A DNA stretch of 64,000 nucleotides from positions 1-64,000 of the forward strand of contig JAEOSK010000002.1 of NCBI GenBank assembly GCA_016840405.1, given 5' to 3'. The notes beneath the pieces were generated by a model. It made no database searches and was not told the DNA's origin. It saw only the letters and a list, made by a program, of their open reading frames with translations. The DNA is from Candidatus Hermodarchaeum yapensis (GTDB taxonomy: Archaea; Asgardarchaeota; Hermodarchaeia; Hermodarchaeales; Hermodarchaeaceae). This document shows positions 49,425 to 59,161 of this stretch, piece by piece; the first letter of the stretch is position 1; each line of letters starts with the position of its first letter. A program made the position numbers and the translations under genes.

Positions 49425-51095
49425 ATGATAATGGTTTCAAAGAAAGGTGTAAACTCAAAGATACTTACAGGGCTATGCCTATGTCTCCTTCTTACCTTGC
49501 TTTCCGGAACAGCATTAGTAACTGCGGCGTCATTCCCGGTTGTTTTAAATCCCGGATTTGAAGCCCCTGGTGCAGGGCCACCTGTCTTTCCGAATAACTG
49601 GGTTTTCACTACAACGCTCGATCCACCTGATGATTTCCTTTGGCTGTATCCAACAGGATTTCCCCATACTGGAGCAGAATCAGCAGGTATCATGGTGAAC
49701 TCACCCAACGGAGCAGAACCTGGTGACCATGCCGAGTGGAGTCAATTAGCTGTAATCCCAGTGTATCCTAGTACCACGTATAACCTCTCAGCCTGGGTGT
49801 TCATGACAACCCCTCCAAACCTGTTCGTTGATATTGGTGTAATTTGGGAAGACAGCGGTGGTACCCCGCTTGGGACAGCATTCACAGCACCCGTCAATGT
49901 TCCCCAAGCAGCCTGGTTCGAACTCTACCACATCGCAACATCACCCGCTGGAACCGCCCAAGTAACAATTGTCTTACGGGCTACGCTAATTGGTGGTGAT
50001 GCCATTACCTGGGGAGATATCTTCTTTGACGATGTTGCATTCTACCCTCTAGGAGACTCTAGCTTGGGTGGAAATACTCCAGGTGATCATGGCAACTATT
50101 TCGATCCAGATGCTGATCCCTATAACGAGATGCTGCAAGTCAACGTTACTGCAACTAACGAAGGATTAACCCAAATCAATTTCACCCTTGCTGCATATGG
50201 CACAGCAGATGACAGTACTGACATCGCAGAAGTCGACTTGATTTACGATCAAAATGCGAATGGCCTCTATGATAGTGGGACTGAATCTATCTTGGATAGT
50301 GGCGTCTATGCTTCTGACAATGGTACTCTCCAATTAGATTCAGGTCATACCGTCCCACAAGGGCAAAGCCATGCTTTCTTGATTGTGTATCAATTGACTT
50401 TCACAGCGACTGCCGGAGAAACCTTCCAGTTCAACGTCACGCAAATCCGTGCCTTAGGACAAACCTCTGGATTAACCTTGAATCTTCCAGGTCCGCCATA
50501 TACGTCTGCAGTCAAGACAATGGTGGGAAGTGTCGTTGCCTCAGTTGGTGATAACTCTCCTGGCAATCATGATTGGGCTCCCAATGGAATAACTCCGAAC
50601 GTGTTACTCCAACTCGACTTATTTGCCATTGGGGAAGACTTCACTGTTGAAGGCATTACCCTCTCATTTACTAGGGGCGACACAGCTCACGTAATTGCCG
50701 TACTAATCATCTTGGATGTTGATGGTAATGGAGAATATGATGCCACTGATGAACTGGTGGGAACAGGTCTGGGTCAAGCAACACAGACAATTACCCTTGA
50801 TCCTACAGTATTAGTCAGCCAAGGGGAAACGGAGCATTTCCTTATCGCACTTACTATGGCAACTACTGCTGTAGAAGGAGCAACCTATTCAGTGGATGTC
50901 ACCGACGTTGATGTTGTTGGCGCTATCGATTCGAGCACACAAGTAGTCAGCCTCCCAATAAGATCCTCAACGAAAACGATAATTGCACCGCCTCCGTTAC
51001 CCTTCGATCCGCTATTGCTAATCCTTGGCATTGTGATACTAATCCTCGTCATACTCGTCATTGTGTTACTTATTCGCCGACGTAGAAGTGGCTAA
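49425..51095 (+). CDS. Surface protein with CBM-like N-terminal domain, repeated beta domains and C-terminal anchor
   Basis: NPGFE...FFDDV; two DxNxNGxYD-type Ca loops; PPPLP, TM and RRRR. Confidence 0.75.
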   Translation: MIMVSKKGVNSKILTGLCLCLLLTLLSGTALVTAASFPVVLNPGFEAPGAGPPVFPNNWVFTTTLDPPDDFLWLYPTGFPHTGAESAGIMVNSPNGAEPGDHAEWSQLAVIPVYPSTTYNLSAWVFMTTPPNLFVDIGVIWEDSGGTPLGTAFTAPVNVPQAAWFELYHIATSPAGTAQVTIVLRATLIGGDAITWGDIFFDDVAFYPLGDSSLGGNTPGDHGNYFDPDADPYNEMLQVNVTATNEGLTQINFTLAAYGTADDSTDIAEVDLIYDQNANGLYDSGTESILDSGVYASDNGTLQLDSGHTVPQGQSHAFLIVYQLTFTATAGETFQFNVTQIRALGQTSGLTLNLPGPPYTSAVKTMVGSVVASVGDNSPGNHDWAPNGITPNVLLQLDLFAIGEDFTVEGITLSFTRGDTAHVIAVLIILDVDGNGEYDATDELVGTGLGQATQTITLDPTVLVSQGETEHFLIALTMATTAVEGATYSVDVTDVDVVGAIDSSTQVVSLPIRSSTKTIIAPPPLPFDPLLLILGIVILILVILVIVLLIRRRRSG

Positions 51096-51130
51096 TAGCA
51101 CAAATTCAACCTACAAATCTCTGGTAGAAT

Positions 51131-51167
51131 AAGGGGCTCCCAAGGAGCCCTTTCTCTTCTTTTTCTT
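51131..51167 (+). terminator. Hairpin plus T-tract terminator
   Basis: AAGGGGCTCC-CAA-GGAGCCCTTT followed by a pyrimidine run. Confidence 0.75.
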
Positions 51168-51320
51168 GAAAGCCCTTGTAAAAGCGACTCATTTGTAATC
51201 GTACATCTCGGTAAAGCCGTGTTAGTTCAAAACCACATTTTTTCCATACTGATATCAACGTAGATAAGGCTAAAATAGAGCCTTACATCCCAGTGTAACC
51301 AATTCATGCACTGTAGGTAG

Positions 51321-52655
51321 ATGACGAAAATGTCACCACATGATGATCTCCCAATAGAAAGTCAACCCAATGCACTCCCCGACGAAATCGATCCAGAGAA
51401 ATATGTCATTGCGACCTACTACTTTGGTGCGCCCATTGGATTACCCATCAAAGATATTTGTGAAATGGCAGCTGTTGAGCAAAGCACTGGAACCTGGGTG
51501 CTGGTTCCAGGCGAAACTCCACAAATGCGGAAAAAATATGTCGCCAAAGTCATTGGCATCTATGAAGGACCATACCCCGAATATAGTCAACCCAAAGATG
51601 TCACCCACCGCCACTACATTGTCCAAGTCGCCTTTCCATGGGTGAATTTCGGGCAACAAATCCCCATGCTCCTCTCAACTGTTGTGGGAAATATCAGCAT
51701 GGGTGGACGCGTGAAGGTTCTGGACCTTCGATTTCCGAAAAGCTGGCTGAAAGGGTTCCAAGGTCCAAAGTTTGGCACAAAGGGTGTGTTCAAAGTCCTT
51801 GGAGTGAAAGGTCGACCCCTGTTGAACAATATGATTAAACCTTGCACTGGTTATCCTCCCAAGGTCGGTGCCAAGCTTCTCTATGAAGCGGCACGGGGTG
51901 GTGCGGATATCATCAAGGATGACGAACTCATCGCTGATCCCGTGTTTAATCGCATCACTGAGCGCCTCCCCTTGTACATGGATGCAATCGATAAGGCGAA
52001 CTCTGAGAAGGACGAAAAAACCCTATACACCATCAACATTACGGACCGAATTCCGAAACTTATGGAAAATGCTGAAGCGGCCCTCGAACATGGAGCCAAC
52101 GCCTTGATGATTAATTACCTTGCTGTCGGATATAGTGCCGTCAGGCAAGTCACAGATGATCCCAGTATCAATGTACCCGTCCTAGGACACATGGACATTG
52201 CTGGGGCCCTCAGTTATTCCCCAATCAGTGGTCTCTCAACTCAGTTAGTCATTGGAAAACTCCCTCGACTCGCGGGTATCGATATTGAAGTGTTCCCTGC
52301 ACCCTATGGCAAAGCACCACTGCTTAAACAACGGTATATCGAAATGGCTCGAGCGATGAATTATCCTTTACAACACATTAAACCGACTATGCCCATGCCC
52401 AGTGGTGGAATAACACCCGGACACGTACCCATGGTGGTGGAGGATCTCGGCTTAGAAATCATGATAGGAACCGGTGGCGGTATCCATGCCTACCCCGCAG
52501 AACACGGAGGGCCCTCAGCTGGAGCCAAGGCATTCCGCCAAGCCATCGATGCCACGGTTAAAGGTATCACATTGAAAGACTACGCAGAAGACCATTCGGA
52601 ATTGAAAGTTGCACTTGACAAATGGGGCGCTGGGAAAACTGGGTTCGAAATGTAG
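51321..52655 (+). CDS. RuBisCO-like protein (form IV)
   Basis: EQSTGTW, GADIIKDDEL and PSGG motifs; the K177, R295 and H327 equivalents are substituted. Confidence 0.9.
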   Translation: MTKMSPHDDLPIESQPNALPDEIDPEKYVIATYYFGAPIGLPIKDICEMAAVEQSTGTWVLVPGETPQMRKKYVAKVIGIYEGPYPEYSQPKDVTHRHYIVQVAFPWVNFGQQIPMLLSTVVGNISMGGRVKVLDLRFPKSWLKGFQGPKFGTKGVFKVLGVKGRPLLNNMIKPCTGYPPKVGAKLLYEAARGGADIIKDDELIADPVFNRITERLPLYMDAIDKANSEKDEKTLYTINITDRIPKLMENAEAALEHGANALMINYLAVGYSAVRQVTDDPSINVPVLGHMDIAGALSYSPISGLSTQLVIGKLPRLAGIDIEVFPAPYGKAPLLKQRYIEMARAMNYPLQHIKPTMPMPSGGITPGHVPMVVEDLGLEIMIGTGGGIHAYPAEHGGPSAGAKAFRQAIDATVKGITLKDYAEDHSELKVALDKWGAGKTGFEM

Positions 52656-52827
52656 GAGAACATCACTCCCACTGTTGACCCACTACACTTGATTCGAAAC
52701 GCACTCATCAGGTTGACAATTTTTATTGGCAACGTGGTTAACGGTCGAAAACCGCACTTTCCGGTATAGATGAGTATATCTAATACTACTTCGGCAGGAT
52801 ACCTGCCTTGAGTTAATCAAGGAACTG

Positions 52828-54264
52828 GTGATATCAATGAAAGATTCCCATGCAATTCTTTTAACGATACTCTTAGCTTCGCAATTCTTCATTTTACCAG
52901 CAGCAATAGCTAGTCAGTCACCATTTACGCAAATTCCCGTGCCCCTCGGCTTGGCGCAAGATGGTGCCAACGAATTCGGCACGAATATCCGCGTCACGGA
53001 TGGCACCTCACCTTACACAGATCAAGTTGAGCCAACCATGGCAATAACGAGTGATGGACGCATACTCGTAGGTTGGAAAGAAGCTGAATCCCATGACGGA
53101 CCTGGTCGCCGTGTAGGGTTCGCCTATTCCCTCGATGGCGGAATCACCTACACTCCAAATATTCTGATGACCCGGATGGATGACAATAACTTCCAATCGG
53201 ACCCTTGGTTGGAAGCCGATGCTGATGATAATGTCTATTTTGTGTGGATTGAATTCAATGACATTGTTAACAACTACGACCCTGAAGGGGTCGGAGTAGC
53301 AAAAACTACAGATGGTGGTGAAACTTGGGGAACTCCTGTGAATGCAGCAGACACCACATATTTCGATGACAAAGAAACAGCATGTATCGATTCCAATGGA
53401 AACATATACATTGTCTGGGATCACATTGAAATCGATTCCGACTACATCGAACAGAGTTGGGATTTACGATTTACTAAATCCATTGATGGTGGAGCCTCAT
53501 TCACGCCAACAACAACACCGGCTGAACCATGGATCCCTTACCTCCACTGCACCTCCAACGATTCACTTTACATGACCTATGTAAATGGCACATCGGATAC
53601 CGCACCACTTACACAGATTTTCTTCACCCGATCCGATGACCAAGGAACTACTTGGACACCTGGTGTCCTTGTCAATCCTCCATATATTTCGTTAAACCTC
53701 ATTACAGTAGTGCGAAGTGATAGTTCACAAAACGTCTATGTCGCCTACAGCGCTGGTCTCGACACTAGCCCACAATATCATGAAATCTATGTCATCAAAT
53801 CCATTGATGGCGGTCGGACATGGAATACTGCTGTGCAAGTCAATGATGACTACACAGGGATGCAGCGAATGGTGGAAATGTACATCACTGATGATGACAC
53901 CATCCACATGGCGTGGCTGGATGCCCGGTTGGGCGAATGGAACATCTACTACAGCTATTCCAGCGATGGTGGAGCCACCTTTTCCGATGACGAACGCATC
54001 TCCGATGTGGGGTTTCCGCTCACCTTCACACGTCCAGGTGATTACTTCTGCCTACGCCCTGCCCCGAATGGGGATATGTGCATAGTCTGGACTGATGGTC
54101 GCAACGGCTTAAACCACGACATCTACTTCGCTCGACAAGGTCTCGTTCTTGCCCCTGTAATGCAGTTTCCTGCTGAATGGCTACTAATCATTGTGGCCGT
54201 AGCTGTAGTTGTCGTTGTCATCATTATCGTTGTGTGGCTTATGTTGAGACGAAAAGGCGAGTAA
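52828..54264 (+). CDS. BNR/Asp-box (sialidase-like) surface protein
   Basis: Six SxDGGxTW-type boxes; signal peptide; C-terminal TM with RRK. Confidence 0.85.
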   Translation: MISMKDSHAILLTILLASQFFILPAAIASQSPFTQIPVPLGLAQDGANEFGTNIRVTDGTSPYTDQVEPTMAITSDGRILVGWKEAESHDGPGRRVGFAYSLDGGITYTPNILMTRMDDNNFQSDPWLEADADDNVYFVWIEFNDIVNNYDPEGVGVAKTTDGGETWGTPVNAADTTYFDDKETACIDSNGNIYIVWDHIEIDSDYIEQSWDLRFTKSIDGGASFTPTTTPAEPWIPYLHCTSNDSLYMTYVNGTSDTAPLTQIFFTRSDDQGTTWTPGVLVNPPYISLNLITVVRSDSSQNVYVAYSAGLDTSPQYHEIYVIKSIDGGRTWNTAVQVNDDYTGMQRMVEMYITDDDTIHMAWLDARLGEWNIYYSYSSDGGATFSDDERISDVGFPLTFTRPGDYFCLRPAPNGDMCIVWTDGRNGLNHDIYFARQGLVLAPVMQFPAEWLLIIVAVAVVVVVIIIVVWLMLRRKGE

Positions 54265-54391
54265 TAGTGAAAAACAGAGATTGTGGAAATTCCATAATCC
54301 TTCTCTTCTTCTTCTTTTTTCCTTGTATTTCGGAGTCCTTTTATTTTCTCTAATTCAAAGATTGCTAGGATTTCGATAAAAGGTTCTGTCA

Positions 54392-55069
54392 ATGGCGAAA
54401 AGCGGATTTCAGATTAGCCGGGTCAACCGATCACGATCAGATGCTAAGCGAACCTACGACCGGTATAGTCGATGGTATGATTGGATTAGCGGTTCGTTTG
54501 AAAGGAAATACGCCGAAGTTGGCGTTGCACAATTAGCGGTTCAACATGGAGAACATATTCTAGAGATCGGATACGGTACTGGTCATATGCTAATAACTGT
54601 AGCAAAACAAGTGGGATCCACTGGCAAGGTCGTTGGGATAGATATCTCGAAGGGTATGTATGATATAGCCCTCAAACGAGTTCAAAAGTCGGGTGTTACT
54701 GACCGTGTCAAGATTGTCTGTGGGGATGCTGTAATCTTACCCTTTGAGTCCAACACGTTTGATGTAGTCTTCATGAGCTTCACACTGGAGCTGTTTGATA
54801 CACCTGACATTCCTCGACTCTTGTTTGAGTGTCAACGAGTGTTACGGAAGGGTGGGCGAATGGGTGTTGTTTCACTTTCGAAGAAAGGATCCGAAGGCGT
54901 CGTCACAAGAATCTATGAAAAATTGCATTCGCTGTTTCCAAAATGGGTTGATTGTCGCCCCATCTATCTCGCCCATATTTTGAATGAAAATGGGTTTCAA
55001 GTTGTAAAGGAAAGTATGCAATTTATGTTTGGCTTAAACGTTGAAATCGTTGTAGTGACGAATCCTTAA
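54392..55069 (+). CDS. Class I SAM methyltransferase (UbiE-like)
   Basis: LEIGYGTG, GIDIS, LPFESNTFD and RVLRKGG motifs. Confidence 0.9.
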   Translation: MAKSGFQISRVNRSRSDAKRTYDRYSRWYDWISGSFERKYAEVGVAQLAVQHGEHILEIGYGTGHMLITVAKQVGSTGKVVGIDISKGMYDIALKRVQKSGVTDRVKIVCGDAVILPFESNTFDVVFMSFTLELFDTPDIPRLLFECQRVLRKGGRMGVVSLSKKGSEGVVTRIYEKLHSLFPKWVDCRPIYLAHILNENGFQVVKESMQFMFGLNVEIVVVTNP

Positions 55070-55126
55070 ACCCAAAGTATGTTTGCCTCGAACGCTTTAG
55101 AGATATGACATTCTGATTGTATTAAT

Positions 55127-55609
55127 ATGGCTCTGACTCCTATTCCCCATGAGAGATGTTCTTCAATGACTCAAACTAAGGAACAGATACTACAAGTTGC
55201 TAAGGACTTTGATGATGTGATTGAAACCCAAGATATTGAACGGATTTTACCTTTCTTTGCAAAAGACTGTAGTATCGAACTATTTGGTATAACTTTACAC
55301 GGACATGAAGGTGCTCGAAAATGGTTAGATTGGATGTTTCACCATCTAACTGAAATTTCCTTTGAGCCAATTAGTATAATGGTGGATGACAACGTGTTTT
55401 TCGAAGAATTCATCGTTCAAGGCAAATTACAGGATGGTCGTACAGTGCAATCCAAACAGGCAGAACTCCTTGTGTATGAAAACCTGTTAGTGAAATCGCT
55501 GCGGTTATACTTTGATCGCCTGGATTTTGCTGAAGCGGTGTCATCAAGTTGGATCAATCGAAAGATTATCCATAAGATCATCAAAGAATCCACCAAGGGT
55601 CTTGAATAA
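55127..55609 (+). CDS. SnoaL/NTF2-like protein
   Basis: FFAKDC...LHGHEG and LRLYFDR motifs. Confidence 0.75.
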   Translation: MALTPIPHERCSSMTQTKEQILQVAKDFDDVIETQDIERILPFFAKDCSIELFGITLHGHEGARKWLDWMFHHLTEISFEPISIMVDDNVFFEEFIVQGKLQDGRTVQSKQAELLVYENLLVKSLRLYFDRLDFAEAVSSSWINRKIIHKIIKESTKGLE

Positions 55610-55623
55610 AGAGGGAACCGATT

Positions 55624-56241
55624 ATGGAGCAGGAAGAACAAGCAATTCAAGACACTCTCAAATCAACACGAAAGCTACTGATTGCTTTTATCGGATTAAG
55701 CGTGTTTGCGTTTTTACTGGTGTTCATTGCGGTTGAGTTGTTTTTGAATACGGCTTTTGTTTTGTTAGTGTTTGGCGTTAATGGGCCTTGGCCACCTGAA
55801 TTATTTCCAACCTTCACTCTAACGCAGTTTCATGACATTGGAATTGTACTCGCCTCCGTGGGACTGGTGCTTCTGTATTTACCTATCACCTTGACTCTAG
55901 TGATAGTTGAACAATCTGAAACACGGCCAACTCGCATTCGAAGTCGAGTGATACACCTATTTAGTCATTCAGATTTCTTCAAGATTGTTGGTTTTCTCGG
56001 ACTTTTTCTCGCTGCAGGAGGAATATGGTTTTGCATGCATCAAGCCTTTCTCTTTCAGGGTGAATGGCTGAAAGGCACACTGCTCTTCAACAATTACATC
56101 TTCTTGAGTTTGGAAATCTCGCCGATGATTCTTCACCTTTTTGGGAATTTATTAGTACTTGGTGGACTCGGTACAATTGTTCTCATCAGTTCTGTAAAGC
56201 TAATCTTAGGACTCTTAGCACAGATGGGACGGCTCAGATAA
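55624..56241 (+). CDS. Hypothetical membrane protein
   Basis: Four TM helices. Confidence 0.6.
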   Translation: MEQEEQAIQDTLKSTRKLLIAFIGLSVFAFLLVFIAVELFLNTAFVLLVFGVNGPWPPELFPTFTLTQFHDIGIVLASVGLVLLYLPITLTLVIVEQSETRPTRIRSRVIHLFSHSDFFKIVGFLGLFLAAGGIWFCMHQAFLFQGEWLKGTLLFNNYIFLSLEISPMILHLFGNLLVLGGLGTIVLISSVKLILGLLAQMGRLR

Positions 56242-56858
56242 TGAATGAACAACAACCTAACAAACAGGAACGTTGGATAGATCGGGTTCGATTCGTCGAA
56301 CACGATTGGGTTTTCTATTCTGCAGCTTTCATTCCATTCTTTATCATCGCCTTTGCTGTTTGGATTTGTTTGGATGAAGCCATCTTTGCCCTCCGTTACC
56401 GCATTGTTATCCAATGGTCCCTATTTCCCATTCTCCGAATATTTCCAGATACCTGGCATTACATTGGCATAGCCTTTTTCGTGATTGGTCTAATCATAAT
56501 GGGATTCACGTTTTCTCTACAACGCGCTCCGTCAAATGAAACGTCTCAGACCCGGAAACAACAAGAATGGTTCCGCGTCATCAGCCGATTTCGTCACTGG
56601 CTCAGTGAAAGTCATTTACTTGTAATTCTTGGTATCCTTGGAATGAGTTGTTTGACTATCGCACTGGTTGCCATGCGATACGCCTTCATCTCCCAACTCG
56701 CCTGTTCAGCAGTTAGTCCAGGAATTCCTTGCTTCACAAATCTCTTCGGACTTATTATCATCGAATCCCTATTCTTACATCAGATTGCCGATGTTCTCGT
56801 TGCCATCGGACTAGCCCTAATATTTATCGTGCTCATACGCGAACGATCTGAAGACTGA
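56241..56858 (+). CDS. Hypothetical membrane protein, probable paralog of the upstream gene
   Basis: TAATG coupling at 56239-56243; shared LFP..HxIG and LH..G/A.L pattern. Confidence 0.6.
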   Translation: MNEQQPNKQERWIDRVRFVEHDWVFYSAAFIPFFIIAFAVWICLDEAIFALRYRIVIQWSLFPILRIFPDTWHYIGIAFFVIGLIIMGFTFSLQRAPSNETSQTRKQQEWFRVISRFRHWLSESHLLVILGILGMSCLTIALVAMRYAFISQLACSAVSPGIPCFTNLFGLIIIESLFLHQIADVLVAIGLALIFIVLIRERSED

Positions 56859-56895
56859 CCAACATCAAAAATCAAAGAATGGTTTTATTTCGTTG

Positions 56896-57270
56896 CTAAG
56901 AAATCAATGTTTCAATACCACGTAAACGAAGGTAGCTAGCCTGAAACCTTAGCTCTGCTGCCAATTGCGTATCGCCGATCCGCTCATAAATTTTGGCGAT
57001 GCGCTCCAACGCGTCAGCTGCTTGAGAAAAATCTTCTGTACTCAAACTTTGCTGGACCTGCATTTCAAAGCATGCCAGCGCTTGATCTTCATATTTCCGG
57101 GGGGAGCGATTCACCTTATGAGCAATTTTGGCAGCCCGTTGATAGAAAACACCAGCTGTGTAAAAATCTTGTAAATTCTTCCGTTTTCGCGCCTCGCGGA
57201 TATACCCGCGGATTTTCGCGGCATACAGTTCAGTGCTCAAGCTCTCCACAGCCTGGCCCACGGTAGTCAC
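56896..57270 (-). CDS. Small TPR/SNAP-like helical protein
   Basis: AGVFYQRAA and AADALERIAKIYE helical repeats. Confidence 0.55.
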   Translation of the reverse strand: MTTVGQAVESLSTELYAAKIRGYIREARKRKNLQDFYTAGVFYQRAAKIAHKVNRSPRKYEDQALACFEMQVQQSLSTEDFSQAADALERIAKIYERIGDTQLAAELRFQASYLRLRGIETLIS

Positions 57271-57472
57271 TACCGTGCCCTACCCAGATATATACACTCT
57301 CAGAACCCGCATAAGTGTTTCTTTTACAGGTTTTACTGGGGATAAGTGAATCCACAAGTTTGTTTTAGCAAACTCTATTCCTTCGTTTATTTAGTACCTC
57401 GTCGCCCGGCTCGCATGACGAGGTAAATTACGAGTTTGAAGGCGACGAAGAACAGTGTCAAAAGATAGCTGG

Positions 57473-57943
57473 TCAGGTCTTAAGTTGCGTAGCAATTTTC
57501 TTTCCGAAATCTTTGGATTTGGGCAACTCTCCATCTGTGACTGGTCCTTTCATTCCGTCGACCCGTATGGACAGGCCCGAAGTGATTAGCTTCAATTTGG
57601 GAACTTTTTCGTTTATTCTCTTCTCCATCTTTTTCACAGATTTTTCGAAGTCTTCTCCTAGATAAGTGTCGAAAAGAGCAACCCATTTCGCCTTTGTGTC
57701 AAGTTTGCCCAGTTTATCAATAAACTTCTTGATACCCCTAACAGGTCCCCCAAAATGTGTTGGTGACCCGATGACTATTGCATCATAATCTGCTGCCTCT
57801 TTGGGATCGGTATCCTTGACATCACTGATAGTAGTTTCTATTCCCTCGACTTCACTTACCCCTTCCATAATCTTTTCCGCTACAAGCTTTGTGTTACCAT
57901 ATTTCGTATCATAAACGATAATAGTTCTTATCATTTCGTTCAC
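57473..57943 (-). CDS. Flavodoxin
   Basis: VYDTKYGNT, IGSPTH and FDT motifs. Confidence 0.9.
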   Translation of the reverse strand: MNEMIRTIIVYDTKYGNTKLVAEKIMEGVSEVEGIETTISDVKDTDPKEAADYDAIVIGSPTHFGGPVRGIKKFIDKLGKLDTKAKWVALFDTYLGEDFEKSVKKMEKRINEKVPKLKLITSGLSIRVDGMKGPVTDGELPKSKDFGKKIATQLKT

Positions 57944-58104
57944 CAGCCATTTTAGCAGTATTCCACGTTTTTTTAACTTGTTGTTTGTTTTGGCTTAAAC
58001 TCGGCCTGTCATGATTTGACTTCATAACACAAATACCCATAGTAAAAACTGTGTCTTCGGAAAAAAAGGAAAAAGGGTAGGGTGAGTGCCTTACACGCAC
58101 CTGA

Positions 58105-59028
58105 TTAGGGGTGTCGCCGGAAGTAGAGGATGACGAGGACGATGATGACGATCAGCTCAATAGCACTGACAGCAATCAACGGCAGCGTAAAGTCCAGTGG
58201 TGGAGGTGGTGGTTCAGTTGGTTCAGGTGGTTCAGGGGGCGGAGGTGGAGGAACAACGTAGTCATATATTGCCACATTATCAATGGCCTGACCAGTTAGA
58301 CCGGCAAAGATGAAGTAACCCGATGGGATAGTAATTTGTTCCTGTTGAGACATGCGGAGAGTTCCGTTGATATATACATTGAAATACCCAGTTGAGTTTC
58401 GTGTCACATCGAAGTGGGTCCAGCAATTGTTCCATGAATACGAAGGTGGTCCAACATCATAGCTTCCAAGACTTGTATGTTCAGTTCCAACAAGTCTCCA
58501 GAAGTCAATCGTTGGCTGGTAATAATATTCGCCTATATTATGTGTGATCATCACAAAGCAGTAACTGTAATTCATACCTGGACCTGGGATTGTTGAAATT
58601 TCCTGTGCTGGATTATAGTGATCAGCAATTAAGTGAACCACGCACTCCGCACCAGGAGTATCGACTACAAACAGGTCGAAGCTCCAGGTGCCATAATTCA
58701 CTGAGTGATTCAAGTACGCTAAATTCATGTATTGTAGGTCCCAGGTGGTTTCTGATCCGTTGACCCTCAAAGTCTTATCAGCAGCAGTGAAATTACCGAC
58801 ACCAGCATCATAGTACCTGTAATCCGTTCTATTGTACAATATTCCGAAAGTATCCCAGCCATCGTAATTCATGTCATTGAAATTGTCTGTGATGAGTTCT
58901 GTTGCTTTAACCGGGTCTTGTAATGGAAGTTGTAAAGATAGTACCAACAGAAGAGCGATGGCGACAAGAAGAGTTGTCAATCTTCTGTGCTTCACGAACA
59001 ATTTAGATATCTCCTTTTTTTTCTCCAA
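58105..59028 (-). CDS. Surface protein with ConA/LamG-like domain, Pro-rich stalk and C-terminal anchor
   Basis: DNFND, GTWSFD, HFDVTRN..G.FNVYING and IDNV motifs; PPPPPPEPPEP stalk. Confidence 0.75.
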   Translation of the reverse strand: MEKKKEISKLFVKHRRLTTLLVAIALLLVLSLQLPLQDPVKATELITDNFNDMNYDGWDTFGILYNRTDYRYYDAGVGNFTAADKTLRVNGSETTWDLQYMNLAYLNHSVNYGTWSFDLFVVDTPGAECVVHLIADHYNPAQEISTIPGPGMNYSYCFVMITHNIGEYYYQPTIDFWRLVGTEHTSLGSYDVGPPSYSWNNCWTHFDVTRNSTGYFNVYINGTLRMSQQEQITIPSGYFIFAGLTGQAIDNVAIYDYVVPPPPPPEPPEPTEPPPPPLDFTLPLIAVSAIELIVIIVLVILYFRRHP

Positions 59029-59118
59029 ATCCTCCTCAAGGGAAGGATTGTATCCACACTATTCTCATGAACCCTATAAATCTGATTTTATTACTAAATT
59101 TGCACTTTGATTATTTTG

Positions 59119-59151
59119 AAAAAAGGGAGGGGTGTAGGGCGTTTGCCCTAC
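59119..59151 (-). terminator. Hairpin plus T-tract terminator
   Basis: GTAGGGC-GTTT-GCCCTAC; a similar element follows the paralog near 58061-58100. Confidence 0.65.
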
Positions 59152-59161
59152 GACCACCTGC

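Noticed and set aside
51321-52655. Bona fide form III RuBisCO
   Set aside because: Several RuBP-binding residues are substituted.
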